Shown here: positions 12,601 through 24,825 of the stretch, piece by piece
Position numbering within the stretch: position 1 is the stretch's first letter
How the letters are laid out: the number at the start of each line of letters is the position of its first letter
From: Lytechinus pictus
Lineage: Eukaryota
Assembly: GCF_037042905.1 (NCBI RefSeq)
Contig: NC_087245.1
Span: 32,242,001 to 32,306,000 of the forward strand
Direction of reading: 5' to 3'
DNA length: 64,000 bases
Position numbers and translations under genes: made by a program
Notes under the pieces: model-generated
What the model saw: the letters and a program-made list of their open reading frames with translations, nothing else
The model's database searches: none
Told to the model about the DNA's origin: nothing

Positions 12601-14140
12601 AATGAGTACATATAAACAAAACACAAACAAATAAAGTTTTGAAATGGTAAAGATGGGCATATAATGAAAGTGAAATCACAACCATACTTAAGCCCCCACC
12701 TCCACCCTCCTTCTCGCTTTTTTCCTTTCCCTTCCTTTCCAGTTTGTGTTTCGTCTTTTTAACACCTCTTTTCTCCCTCTTTTATTTCTTTCTTCACTCT
12801 CTCCCCTTCTATCTGTCTGTCGTTTCCTTCCCTATCCCCCTTTTCCCTCCAACCCTTCACAGCTTTGCTAAAGCCTGCGCTGCTAAAGACCCAGGAGAAC
12901 AATAAACACAGATGCGTTAATAATGCTAATCAAACAGAGAAAAATACCAGGAGTGCATTTACACAAGTTCCCCCTCTGTTGATCAAAGGGCTTTGGTATG
13001 ATTCCGTATACAAACATGTACGATCTTCATCATTCATCCAGTCACACACTGCAGGAGACAATCATTTCAATAAAGGCAAACACACATTCTTTGGTTGCTC
13101 AGCACATTGCAGCGGCGGAGCAGATGAAAGTATTCTCATACATCTTAATCATTTTCTTGGAGAAGAAGGGGGGGGTGGTCATACAAATTAAGGAAAGAAA
13201 GTGGTCAGAAATTTTTTGTGCAAATTTTGAGCTGAAAAATTGAAGATGAAAGTCAATGACAATTAATTATATTGATAAATATGAATATATACACAATAAT
13301 CGATGCAATCAAATATTATATCATGCCCACAACCTGAGAAATTTAATCAAAGAACTGGAAGTTAACTCATTGTTGTGAGCATGTGCCCACAATCAATTGC
13401 TAAGCTTTATGTTACTTGCCCAATTCCCTGGAACACAAAGCATATTAGTGAAGGATCATATAACTGAATTTCATGACTCATTGCATAAAATTATCATTAT
13501 GTATTTTATAGAAATAAATTTTGCCACCAAATTCCCGAGATTTGTGTAATGGAGGCCCTAGTTTGGGGATCCAGGCTCATGAATGCATGTTTGGGTTCTC
13601 GATTTATTGTCTCTAAGAACCTCTCCCATTATTTAGATCCCAATCCGAGTGCATGTAGAAATGTAAACTTAATACACAAGTGGTGTAGGGGGGGGGGGCA
13701 AAGTCAAAAGTGAACTTTTAAGAATGTGGGCCATGAAGTTCAAGAATAGAATAAACTTTCTACAAACTTGAATTGGAAAGGTTTACTTTGCTCGTTAACC
13801 GAGCAAATGTTTGCTCCATACAGATTTCCAGATCACCTCTTGGTTTCACAAAGTTGTTTTAATAACAATCAGAATCCATATAAAGGAATATGGAGTATGG
13901 TTCCTAATAGTAATACGGACAATAAATGGGAAAGCGGATGTACTGTCTTATCTCAAAAGCAAGCAATAAAATAGAAATATAGATTCCTTTGAAAATAAAT
14001 ACGATAGCTTTTCCATGTGAGGTGATGGTGAGGTCGAGATATTTGTTCTTGCCTATTAAGGGTCGTTATGGAAATGTGAGTAGGAAATAGATAAAAAAAG
14101 AGGAAGAGCAGCTGGAACTCTACCAACAATGACTTGACAT

Positions 14141-15024
14141 TTATATATCAATTAAATGGTTGGCGTTCATCCGAACCGTCGTATCAGTCAATTTTTTTTT
14201 TTTTTTTATCGATTTTGAGATTTTTGCACAAAATGATTGTACAAGTCCTATTCTATTCATAATTGACTTTCTAGGGAGCAATATATTTTGGTTTCTGAGA
14301 TATAAGGGGATTTTCACTGCGATGCCATACAAATTTTTAATAAAATGCGCAAATCCCATTGGAAACGTGTACTGTAGCAGAGCGATGCGACGTTTTGACT
14401 GACGACGACTTCAATGCGCGCGGTCAACCAAACTGTCATATCGGCCATCTGCACTGCATTGACTTTGCATGTGAAAAGCAATACGACTTTTTGACTGACC
14501 GCGCGCATTGAAATCGCGGTCAGGGTTGTTGTATTCCCTATGGCGTTTTTGTACAGGGGAAATCTAAACCACTCAAACTGAAATTACAAGCATGGAGCTC
14601 TTTTGCGATATTTTCTATGATCCTTGGTTTTGTGTAAAAATAAAGATACCATTGTCAAGCAATTGTCTTGGTCTTTCCGAACAAGTATTTTTCTAGCAAT
14701 ATATAAGTTTTAAGGCTGGAGAACTAAGTGTGAAAATTATAGTAAACTTTGAAGTAGATTTTCTCTGAAATGGGTTTGCACCGTCGTACGTGTATGTCGA
14801 TACAACGGTTCTGACCGCCGACGAAATGCATTCACAACTTTGAAAATACAATGAATGTACGGTATCCAAAATAGCAAATACTTTTCAACCTTGAATACAT
14901 ATAAAGGGCATATATTTCACCATATCATGCAATGAGAATATTTGAGGCATTATTTATGGTTGGGGGGGGACAAATATACTTTATGAGGGTACTTCAGGCC
15001 CCTCTCTGCAGGACTCGGAGTTAA
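14141..15024. mobile_element. CpG-rich DNA transposon remnant ending in TTAA
   Basis: CpG-rich block in CpG-poor surroundings. It has an internal inverted repeat at 14400-14523 and a right end ...gcaggactcggag|ttaa. The left TIR is not seen. Confidence 0.45.
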
Positions 15025-16159
15025 AGGATGATTGTTTAGTGTTCCTTCTAATAATTGGGGGAGGGGTGCAAATATAATCCTCTTCCCATTACAAACTGAA
15101 CTAAACTCTGAATACCTGTACAAGACAAATTTATCTCCAGATTTCACAAGAATTTCTAATTCACACTTTTATGGAATTTTAAGTTGCACGTTCCTTATTT
15201 TAAGAGTTATCACCACACAATGAATGGAAATTCATTGTTATGCTTTTATTGAAACTTTTCACTGCGTGATTAAAATAATTATTATGTGGTGAATGATTTG
15301 GCAACTGGTACTTCATAAAGAGTGGTTGGTCTACCTTGACATTAAATAAAACCATTACTATAATAATTCCCTGTAAAATATTTTAAAAGAGTAACATTAT
15401 TTTTCTGATGATACCAAAGAAACAATGAAAAAAAATGTATCACCAAGTGTAAAGAAGTATTTCATTCTATGCAGTGATGATTACTGAATGACAGAATATC
15501 ATTCTTGGAATAAAAATTATGATTGTGCAGCTGCGTATTGCTTATCTTGTTAGTTGTAAGAATAGCACTATATTTACAACACTCACCTTTTTTCTAAATT
15601 TCAACCAAGAATTTTAGTGTTTAAGTTATCATTTCCTGCCCTAATAACAATGTGTTCCATAAGTTATTCTTTAGATCTTAATTTTGCTTAATACCTAACA
15701 CTAGAGGATACTTGTTTTCAAAACAAAACAAAATCAATTGATTTAACAGTCACTTAGCCTATTTATTATAAAGAAAAGGTAGGACACCATTAAAACCTTT
15801 CTCACATTTTATTGGTTTGACCCATCAGCCACAATTTAAAAGGAAATAATAACCAAGATAATTAGATCCTTTGTCATCAACCAACTTCTTGAACTATATC
15901 TAGGCTATCAGTCAGGTAAAGATCAAACTGGGCCATCAAAACTAAAACATACCAGATTTCTCTACTTAAAGGCAAGTTCGTTTAAAACAAACATCATTAA
16001 AATCAGGAACTGTGTGATAGATAAACTCTCAAAACATGCTAGGTTGAAAATCTAAAATAAGATACTAAATGAGTCTATTCTTTACAACCTACATACAGTA
16101 TAACAAGCAAAATATCTTAGGCCTACATCATCTAAATCTTTTCTCTATGATTGATTGGA

Positions 16160-16645
16160 TTAAAAATAGAAAAATCCAACAAGCATAACACTGAAAATTT
16201 CATCAAAATCGGATGAAAAATAAGAAAGTTATGACATTTTGAAGTTTTGCTTAATTTCACATAACAGTTCCTGGTCGGTATGCAAATGAGCAGAATGATG
16301 ACATCATCCACTCACTATTTCTTTTGTATTTTTTTTAATGAAATATGAAATATTTAAATTTTCTCCTCGTCAAGTGAAACGTTTAATTCCTCCCTTAACA
16401 TGTAGAATTAGCATTGTTTAATACTATATGGCTCAGTCAAGTTGGTCCATATTGTCAAATCTGCAAAAAAATGAAATATTGTTTAATTCAAACAATAAAA
16501 AAACAAAAGAAATAGTGAGTGAAGGACATCATCAACTGTCTTATTTGCATGTCACTTAGTTGTGCATATCACTGTTTTGTGACAAATAAGCGAAATTTTA
16601 AAATGTCATAACTTTCTTACTTACATCTGATTTTGATGAAATTTA
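16160..16645. mobile_element. Internal portion of a TTAA-family (Kolobok-like) MITE
   Basis: An ~75-bp inverted repeat (aaatttcatcaaaatcggatg... / ...catctgattttgatgaaattt). Same family as 16817-17586 and about 3040-3190. Confidence 0.7.
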
Positions 16646-16816
16646 ATAAATGGGATCTAGACCTTCCTCCTCCTTATTTACCCCCAAAATATGAGGAAAA
16701 TCTGCCCATTTTGCTAAAAAAAAAAAACTTTCAGCCATCTGTCTATCTTATTTTTTTCTTTTAAGAAGGGTTGCCATTTGCTTAGATTTGGAAACCATTC
16801 TTTGTAAAAATTTGAC

Positions 16817-17586
16817 TTAAAGGTCAATCCACCCCAGAAAATTATTGATTTGAATTGATCACAGAGAAAAATCAAACAAGCAAAACGCTGGAAATTTCAT
16901 CAAAATCGGATGTGAAATAAGAATATGACATTTTAAAATTTCGCTTATTTTTCACAAAACAACTTAGTGATATGCAAATGAGAGTGTCGATGTCCCTTGC
17001 TCAATATTTCTTTTTTTTGTTAATTATGCAATATTTCCATTTTCACAGATGTGACAATTAGGACCAACTTGACTTGATCATAAAATGTTAAAACAATGGT
17101 AATTCCACATGTTCAGGGAGGAATAAAATTTTGTTTCACTTAACAATAAAAAAGAGAGTTAAAAAGACAGTTTAGTAATTTGCTGGTTATGAAAAAATAG
17201 GCAGGAGTTATCCTGGAAAATTAGAAATCTTATTTATATCAATCATGACTTTTTAAAACTTTTCAAATTCAAACCCTTCTTATAGTTTATCTAGTTTTCT
17301 TCAAACTTGGGAGGCGCGTTAGCTCAGTCGGTAGAGCAGGGTTTTCGGATTCCGGTGACTGGGTTCGATTCCCACTTTGCATGCTAGTGACCTTTGGTAA
17401 GGCATTTAAATCCACATTAACCAGGTCCCTCGGAGAGGACCTTAAATCATCGGTCCTCTGGTTGCTTGTTAACAAGCATTCATGCTTTTTTATAGCAATC
17501 AGGTGAAAAAAAATCACCTATCTGCTTCTTTGATTTTTTTCTTTGTTCAGACACAACTTTTTCATTTGGGTTGGATTCCTGTTTAA
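16817..17586. mobile_element. TTAA-family MITE carrying a SINE insertion
   Basis: ttaaaggtcaatccaccc start and a degenerate gggttggattcctgtttaa end. Confidence 0.55.
17309..17512 (+). mobile_element. tRNA-derived SINE, second family
   Basis: A-box tagctcagtcgg and B-box ggttcgattcc, followed by a non-tRNA body (ccctcggagaggaccttaaatcatcggtcc). Confidence 0.8.
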
Positions 17587-17900
17587 CCAAGTTTGATTAG
17601 ATGTACATCATAACTATGGAAAGGGTTCATATTGCACATCCTTTGGCCAACTATTATCTATGAAGTCAAAGAACTACTGATGTAGACCTACATGTAGTTT
17701 AGTAACAACCATATCAGCGATCAATCTGATCTAAATATAATTCTCAGCTTTAACAGTTTCACATTGATTACACTATGGAAAGGTTCAGTTAAATCAGTTT
17801 GCACAATCCTATATGGCCAAATTTATCATTAGAAAAGTCAAAGAACTACCGATTGTACATGTAGTTTACTATGCATTTCACCAGAACAGCCATCAATCTG

Positions 17901-18182
17901 GGGCCCATCTTACAAAGAGCTGCGTTTGATCTGATCTATCGCAACTATGGAAAGCCAGCAACATCAACATCTAAAATACATGTTTGTTCAAAATAATGTT
18001 CAAAATAATTACTAGAAATGATCTATATAAATATGCTATCTGTTTTCTTGACAATTCAGTATACTTTTTTTTGTTTTCAAAAGACATCAAACAAATCTCC
18101 GAAAGAAAACATTTTGACATTGTTGGATTTCCATAGAGTTACGATTGATCAGATTAATCGTAACTCTTTGTAAGACGGGGCC
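17901..18182. mobile_element. Harbinger-like MITE of the GGCCCCGTCTTACAAAG family
   Basis: ~40-bp TIRs and a CTG TSD. Copies at 35266, 55111 and 60356. Confidence 0.85.
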
Positions 18183-18185
18183 CTG

Positions 18186-18332
18186 GGGTCCGTTGCAGAA
18201 ATAGTTGCAATCAATTGCAACTCAAAAAAAATCATGCGCAACTTGATTTCCAACCAATCAACAGCACGCATTTGGGACTTGCAATTGATTTTTTGGCTGG
18301 CGTTTAAACGCAACTCTTTCTGCAACGGGCCC
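18186..18332. mobile_element. Harbinger-like MITE of the GGGCCCGTTGCAGAAA family
   Basis: TIRs gggtccgttgcagaaa / tttctgcaacgggccc with CTG on both sides. Confidence 0.85.
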
Positions 18333-18681
18333 CTGATCTAACAAGGTAGTACTTTATAATCAGCTTTAAAAGTGTCACATTGTATACACAAACCCTCACC
18401 AAGGGGTGACATGAACCTGAAAAAAGGCCATCAAAATAAAAGAGCCCGTTTCAAATCAACGATTTCAATGGACTCACTGACTTGCTCTAAAGGAATCTTT
18501 TACACAATAGCTTCCCACATTGAAATGCAATTCATACTTTATCAAGTAGGCATAATAGTAATTCACAAATCACTTCATGGATCATATAGATTGGAAACAT
18601 AAAGGGCGGTTGACAAATATTGTATAGCAAAATAATATTTGCACAAATCAAGTCTTGCGGATATATATAGTATCAAAATAT

Positions 18682-19126
18682 AACAAGAGTGTCGCTAAGG
18701 CGAGGACATAGTACGCCCGCCTGTTACGCAGGAAATGGAGTTATCATTGGTCAAGCAAGAAAAGTGGAAAGTGGCGACTTCACCTTTGACCTTCTGACCT
18801 CAAAATCAATAGAATTCTTGGGATCCATGCTAGTATCCTACACACCAAATTATATGAGCCTAGGTTAAACTGAAGTTATTGCATTTACAAGGACTTCAGA
18901 AGGATAAAATGAAAACCTGTAACTGTGACCTTGATCTTTGACCTTTTGACCTTAAAATCAATAGGCTCCTGGGATCCATGCTAGTATAATACACACAAAA
19001 TTATACGAGCCTAGGTTTAGTTAAACTGAAGTTATCGCGTTTACAAGGAAAAGTTAATGGACGGACAGACAGACGAACACTGAGCGTGATACCATAATAC
19101 GTCCCGTCTAGGACGGGCATATAAAA
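18682..19126 (+). mobile_element. Helentron/HINE-type element, apparently complete
   Basis: AACAAG start, a subterminal motif (tagtacgcccgcc) echoed near the 3' end, and two ~165-bp core repeats with GACCTTTGACC. These are followed by a (GGAC/AGAC)n tract, a 3' hairpin cccgtc-tag-gacggg and an A-rich exit. Confidence 0.75.
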
Positions 19127-19450
19127 AGAAAGTTTACAACATCATACATTTTTCACACATAAATTAAATCTTGTATGTTTGTCATAATTTGTCTACGTGT
19201 AGGCTAGCCATGTGTTGTGTTTGGGCCGATTACAGTAGGATATACGTAAACAGCACAAAAGAGATTTCTCATTCTTTTCATCTTCATCATTTATGATTTC
19301 ATTTCTTTCAAAACCATTATCATTATCACCATCATATTCATAACTATTGCAACTTTATTAAAATTATCATCATCATCATCAATACTATTTCAATTTTATT
19401 AATTCAGCATAATCAACAAAGAACAAGAAAGCAACAGGCTTCACTAAATC

Positions 19451-19804
19451 CATACACGGATCCAGGGGGCTGCAGTGCTGCACCCTGTAAAATTTCACCC
19501 CCCCCCCAAAAAAAAAAAAAATCAAACAAACAAACAAAACAAAACAAAGAACCCCAAATGCCCTCATTTGGGAATGATGGCCTATTTTTGTTTTGTTCTG
19601 TTTTTCTGTTTTTGCTTGATTGACACTTTTTCTAGAGAGCAAACACCCTTCTTTTTTAGTGATGGCCTACTTTTTTATTTTGCTTGTGTCTTTTCAGGAG
19701 GCCAAATGCCCTTCACTTTTGAGTAATGACCCCTTTTTCTTTCCTGTCAAATTCTTCAGGCAAATACATGGTCCCCTTTAAAAAGAAATCCTAGACCGTG
19801 ACTG
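19451..19804. mobile_element. Decayed hAT-like MITE
   Basis: catacacggatccagggg start and aaatcctagaccgtg end. The interior shares tttttgcttg motifs with other family members. Confidence 0.5.
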
Positions 19805-21599
19805 AAATTTATTGGCAATATTTGATATGATTCTGCCTAAAATTGCTTCTGTCAACTTTTTACAATTGGTTCAGTTTCTGTCGTTAGGGGATGAAAAGAA
19901 TTAAATCACTGACTGCTCATTGATCTTTGATTTCTTTATCATCTTGTACTGTAAACGTCAAGAAATCCTTTACAGGGTGCAGAGAACCACAATTGGCCCC
20001 CTAGACATTTAGGCTTTTGTCGACAATTTGGATTGATGATAATGATGTACACACAAAGTTTTACAAATGGTTATTTTGAACTAACATTTCATGTCAATCC
20101 CCAATGCTTTTTAACAGTCATGAATAATGTAAGAGCACGATGCATGTACATGTAGCTGATTTCCACGAAACCTCAGCGAAAAATTTTCTATTACCTCTTC
20201 CACTTAATTAAATCATCCTTCAAATCAAAGTCTATCTTTGTCTATTTCTCCTCCCTTATCTTCTTCATTATCTTGTCATCATACTCCTCCTTTGAAAAGT
20301 TGTCCTTATTTTCAAATGTTCCTCTTATCACCTTATATTCCTTGCTCTCTGTTTCCCCTTCTTTGTATTTTGAAGTAAAATAATTAAAATCTTACAAAAA
20401 TAAACATTATATTTTCTCTTTCACTTTATTTGATCATCCCTCCATTCACCTGGACCTTGTTTTCTTCTTCCTCTTTTTCTCTACTTCTTCTCTTCCCTTG
20501 TTCTATTAATTATCTTGTTATCAAACTCCTCCTCCTCATCCTACTTTCCTTCCTCTTGCTGTTTCTCCTTATTTTGAACTGGAAAAAAAAAATCAAGTAA
20601 GTGCACCCCACCATCATACAGTGTATGCATTGTAAGAACTGGGGTGTTAAAATTGACACTAATGGTGTCTCCACCCTAGATGACCTCACCCCTGAGGTGT
20701 TAAATTTACACCCTAGATATTTAACATTATAACACCAAAGAGTGTAAAAAACCGAAGGTGTTATAAAACACATATATGTGCTGAGATTAGAACATCAAAA
20801 GGCTAACATTGGACTATTAAAGACTGCTGTGGTCCTCAATGTACATGTAGAACAATTAACACCAAATTACACTCTAAATCACAGGGATAAAAAACAATTA
20901 TCCAGAATGAGATTTGCTGTGGTTAGTGATGGTTAGTAAGTAACCAGTCAGGGTCTGGAGTTTATTTTAGACCTTTAACATCATTTCTCAAATTATTTAA
21001 ATTTTAATATTTAGTTTCAATCTTCATCCAGCATATTTTTCTAAATGAAAAAGAGACAAAAGGAAGTCCTCTTAAAAAGTAAGTTCTGACTCAGAGTTAT
21101 GCAACTCTACAAGACTCCTGATCGCTATTCAATTGATTTTAGGTCATTTTGCCACCCCCCATAAAAAAAAATCCTGCCTGTTGCTGCCCCATGGGGAGAG
21201 GCTTTCTGTGATATGCTTGGATGATTAAGCGGAGTTAGCAACCATTTTTGTGTGAAATATTTATGCCCCTAAAACCCAGGACTAAGGCGCCTGCTCCCAG
21301 ACTTCCATGAATCTCAATATAAATTAACACCATACTATATAATTGTCATCAAGATGGAACAAATATTAACTTGATCAAGAAGAATTTGATCAAATGCTTG
21401 CATGTAAAATACCCCCCCCCCCCCCACCATCACCAACTTTTTCATTTGATAATTGAATAGGCATATAGGGCCCAAAATGAGAGTTAAATTTCTTTAAGAA
21501 ACTTGTTACAGATCTGCTCATGATTGGTGGCACATGGGGATTGGAGCAAGACATATGTACATTTAGGTAAATCTAGTCCTACATTTGACCCCACATTTC

Positions 21600-22500
21600 A
21601 CCTGCCTCTTAAATCATCAATTCTCATTGATGAAGGATGAGGAAAGAGTGCTGTAGTTCAATACATACCAATGCAGTAGCACCTGCTTCTCCACACAGCT
21701 GCGATGATGAATTCTTTCCGAAAGTAACGCACTGACAAAATAGTCATTAGAGATGCATTCTTCTACGCCATCTCGCAGCCTCCGTGTGATGTGATGCAGG
21801 CATTTAATAATAATAAATGGATGCAGGTTATGTTGATCGCTCCCCGATCGGACCGCCGTACCGGGTTAAGTTCCGGCCGCGTAAGGCGAAAGGGATGCCC
21901 ACCGATGCCCAAACCAGGGCTGGTTTTAGCTGCGTCCCAGTGTCTTTTTCGATACAAAATATTGATCTCAAATCAAGTCGGTTTCACCTGGAACACCGTC
22001 AGTTTTCTGTTTTGTCCTGTCCTTTTTCGACGCAAGAAATATCAATAAGTAAGCTAGGTGCATGAGCAAATATATTCAATAACCATCCACGGGCATCAAG
22101 CTAGCTACGTACGGTATACATGTGCGAGCGAGGTGATGTACGGTTTCGAGCTCCCGCACTGCACTTCAATTCATTACACGAATCTTTGACCTTCAACGAT
22201 TTACACGGCATGGGTCTGGAGATGCAATCACAGCGAGTAGATCAAGACAGCTATCATATAATTGGCATGTCGTTATTGTCATTGCTCCATAACCCATAAA
22301 ATATCATCCCCAAACAATAGAAAAATCTCAGTGATCCACGCACGAAAATACAAAATCATTGTTGATAGGACAAAAGACTTGTTGAAAGCCATACCTACGT
22401 GAATCCATTATTGTTTTCTCTGGGACCCGGGGGGGGGGGGGGTGAGGGCAATTTGTGTAAATAATATTTTTGGTGATCATGGCAGAGGCCGGGATGCGAG
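21600..22500 (-). promoter_or_regulatory. Candidate promoter / first-exon region of the left-hand minus-strand gene
   Basis: Unique CpG-rich sequence at the boundary where CpG depletion begins. Candidate minus-strand donors at about 21601 (CAG|GTGAAA) and 22400 (aataATGGATTCAC|GTAGGT). Confidence 0.4.
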
Positions 22501-22939
22501 CTTTAGTTAATGAGGTATATGTTCAGGCCCTATTGACAATTTTGCACAGAAAACATATAGGGTCGGATGTATATCAGAAAACAATATTAAGTTGGACATT
22601 CGTGAACACAATTCATGTTCAGAGCTCTTTGAGGGTCGCACACTGACTTGAATTTTCATGTTTCAAAACATCCGTATCAACGATTCGCATTGGAACATCA
22701 AGTTCGCAACTTAGCTCATATCCACATTCCATGTAATCTTATTGTGGGCAACCGTTTCAAATTGCCCTAGATACTGTGGCGGATCTATAGCTTTTTGCTA
22801 AGAGGGGATTTCAGGCGCGGGTCCACGATTTTTCTGAAGGGGTGCATATTAGAGCACATTATTTGACAAGCAAAATTATAAAATCCTTTTCAAAATTGAT
22901 TCTATTCACTAAAATGACAATATCAAGCGACCCTCTATA

Positions 22940-23136
22940 CAGTGAAAAGACTTCGTGTTTTGTTTAAATGTTAACTATATATTGTGAACCTTATAAGAGT
23001 TGTTTAAACAGCTAAAACAAGTGTTTAAAATCTTAAACAACAAAGTCTTATTTTTCATACTGTTTAAACTGTTTAACAACTACCATAAGGTTAGTAGTAA
23101 ACAGCGTTACATAAAATTTTAACAAGCGTTTTACTG
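22940..23136. mobile_element. MITE with CAGT...ACTG ends
   Basis: cagtgaaaa ... ttttactg termini and an internal inverted gtttaaacag motif. Confidence 0.5.
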
Positions 23137-23681
23137 AAAACGGATTGGTTAAAGCACGGACCTATATAGGTCCATGGTTAAAGTAACCGATCTGTTGGTG
23201 AATAAATGTTCAAGTTAACCCCCCAAAAAAAAAAAAAATATCTTGAAATGTCCCTTTTTCAGGTCTGAATATAAAACAATCAATATGAATATGAATTAAT
23301 TAATGAAGGTCGCATTTCGCGCTCGAGTTTCCGGGCAATGAATTCCTGCAAGCAGTCTTTAAAATTTCCTCTACGGTTCATGTCAAATGATTTTTTTTTC
23401 AGCTCGCGCTTTAGTTTCATATTGGGGCAATTATTATTTATATTAGACCTATTTTTTTCAAGATTCCAAAAAAGCCCGTTCCGGACTAATATCTTCTCAC
23501 AGTTTTAAACTTTTAGCTAACGTTTCGCTCTTGCGCTATTGTAGTGAGATACCGTATTCATGATTACAAATACGACTTCGGATTAAATTACCTTTTTAAA
23601 GTCAATATACCATCAAGTTAATAGACAGTCTTTTTCTCAAACTAATTTGGTTAGACTTTCCCGTACGTATTGCCATGGTTA

Positions 23682-24011
23682 CAGGGGCGGAAATCTCTCC
23701 CAAAATGTAGGGGGACAATGGGCTGGAAAATTTGACAAGCAAAAAAAAAAAGTTATCACCCCAAATTTAAGGTAATTTCGACGAAAAAAAAATTGACAAG
23801 CCCCCCCCCCCCCAAAAAAAAAAAAGGTTATCATCCCAAAAGTAAGGTCATCTCGTCCTCAAATACATGTTTTATTTCGATTTTGAATGATGTATTTCTT
23901 ACCATCATAAAAAACACAAATATTAGGGGGGACATTTGATATTGTGTCCCCCCTACTATTTTGAGTAGGGGGGACACGTCCCCCCTGTCCCCCCTGGGAT
24001 TTCCACCCATG
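23682..24011. mobile_element. hAT-type MITE
   Basis: TIRs caggggcggaaatc / gatttccacccatg and an 8-bp TSD catggtta/catgatta. Confidence 0.8.
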
Positions 24012-24825
24012 CATGATTATATTAAGTTCGGAAGGGTGGGTGTACCTCTGATGTTAAAGTAACGTTATCAAAACTCTCTGAATAGGCATATAACTATAAT
24101 TACGAACTTTGAAATAATGAACTTTCGGAATGACGTAATGAATACATTTCAATTTATCCCTTCGCATATGCATGCCCGCGACAATCACAAGATGCGGTGT
24201 TACTTATTAATATGGCCCTGGAAAGCGGGGGTGCTGCGTGTATCATTCTCCATAAGCATGCAGCACCCCCAAATATTCTGGAAAATGTTTAAAAATGGGA
24301 AAATGTAACAAAAATGACCTTCATTTTGTAGTGACACCCTTTTTTTGGCTTTACAAATTTACATCAGCATCCCCAGTAAATCGTTCCCAGGGCCCTTGTT
24401 GCTTCATACATTGTTCATCAACAATTGCTATCCATTCGCACTGCTACTGTTTCAAATTAGTTTAACCTTCTTTCAACGGAAAAAATCGAATCAAATTTAT
24501 CCAAATACGATTTACCTTTGACGGTTTTTCTTCATCATTTCTCGGAAGAAAAGAGGGAAATCAAACACCTCGATTAAATTCGATTTCCACGTGCGTCATA
24601 TGGAGATTTAATTAAGCTGTAAACGAGGGCTTGCTTATTGTTTTATCATGTGATTCTTCTGTCTCACCCTCATCATGTAAAATCATTGACAGCATATGTC
24701 GATACTCGATAGCGAAAAAATAAATCGTTATGTTCATAAACATGAAAGTCTTCAATGTCTAACAGTAAGACAAACAATAATTGTCGTTTTGATATATGCT
24801 AATTGCTATGATACCCTTGTGTATA

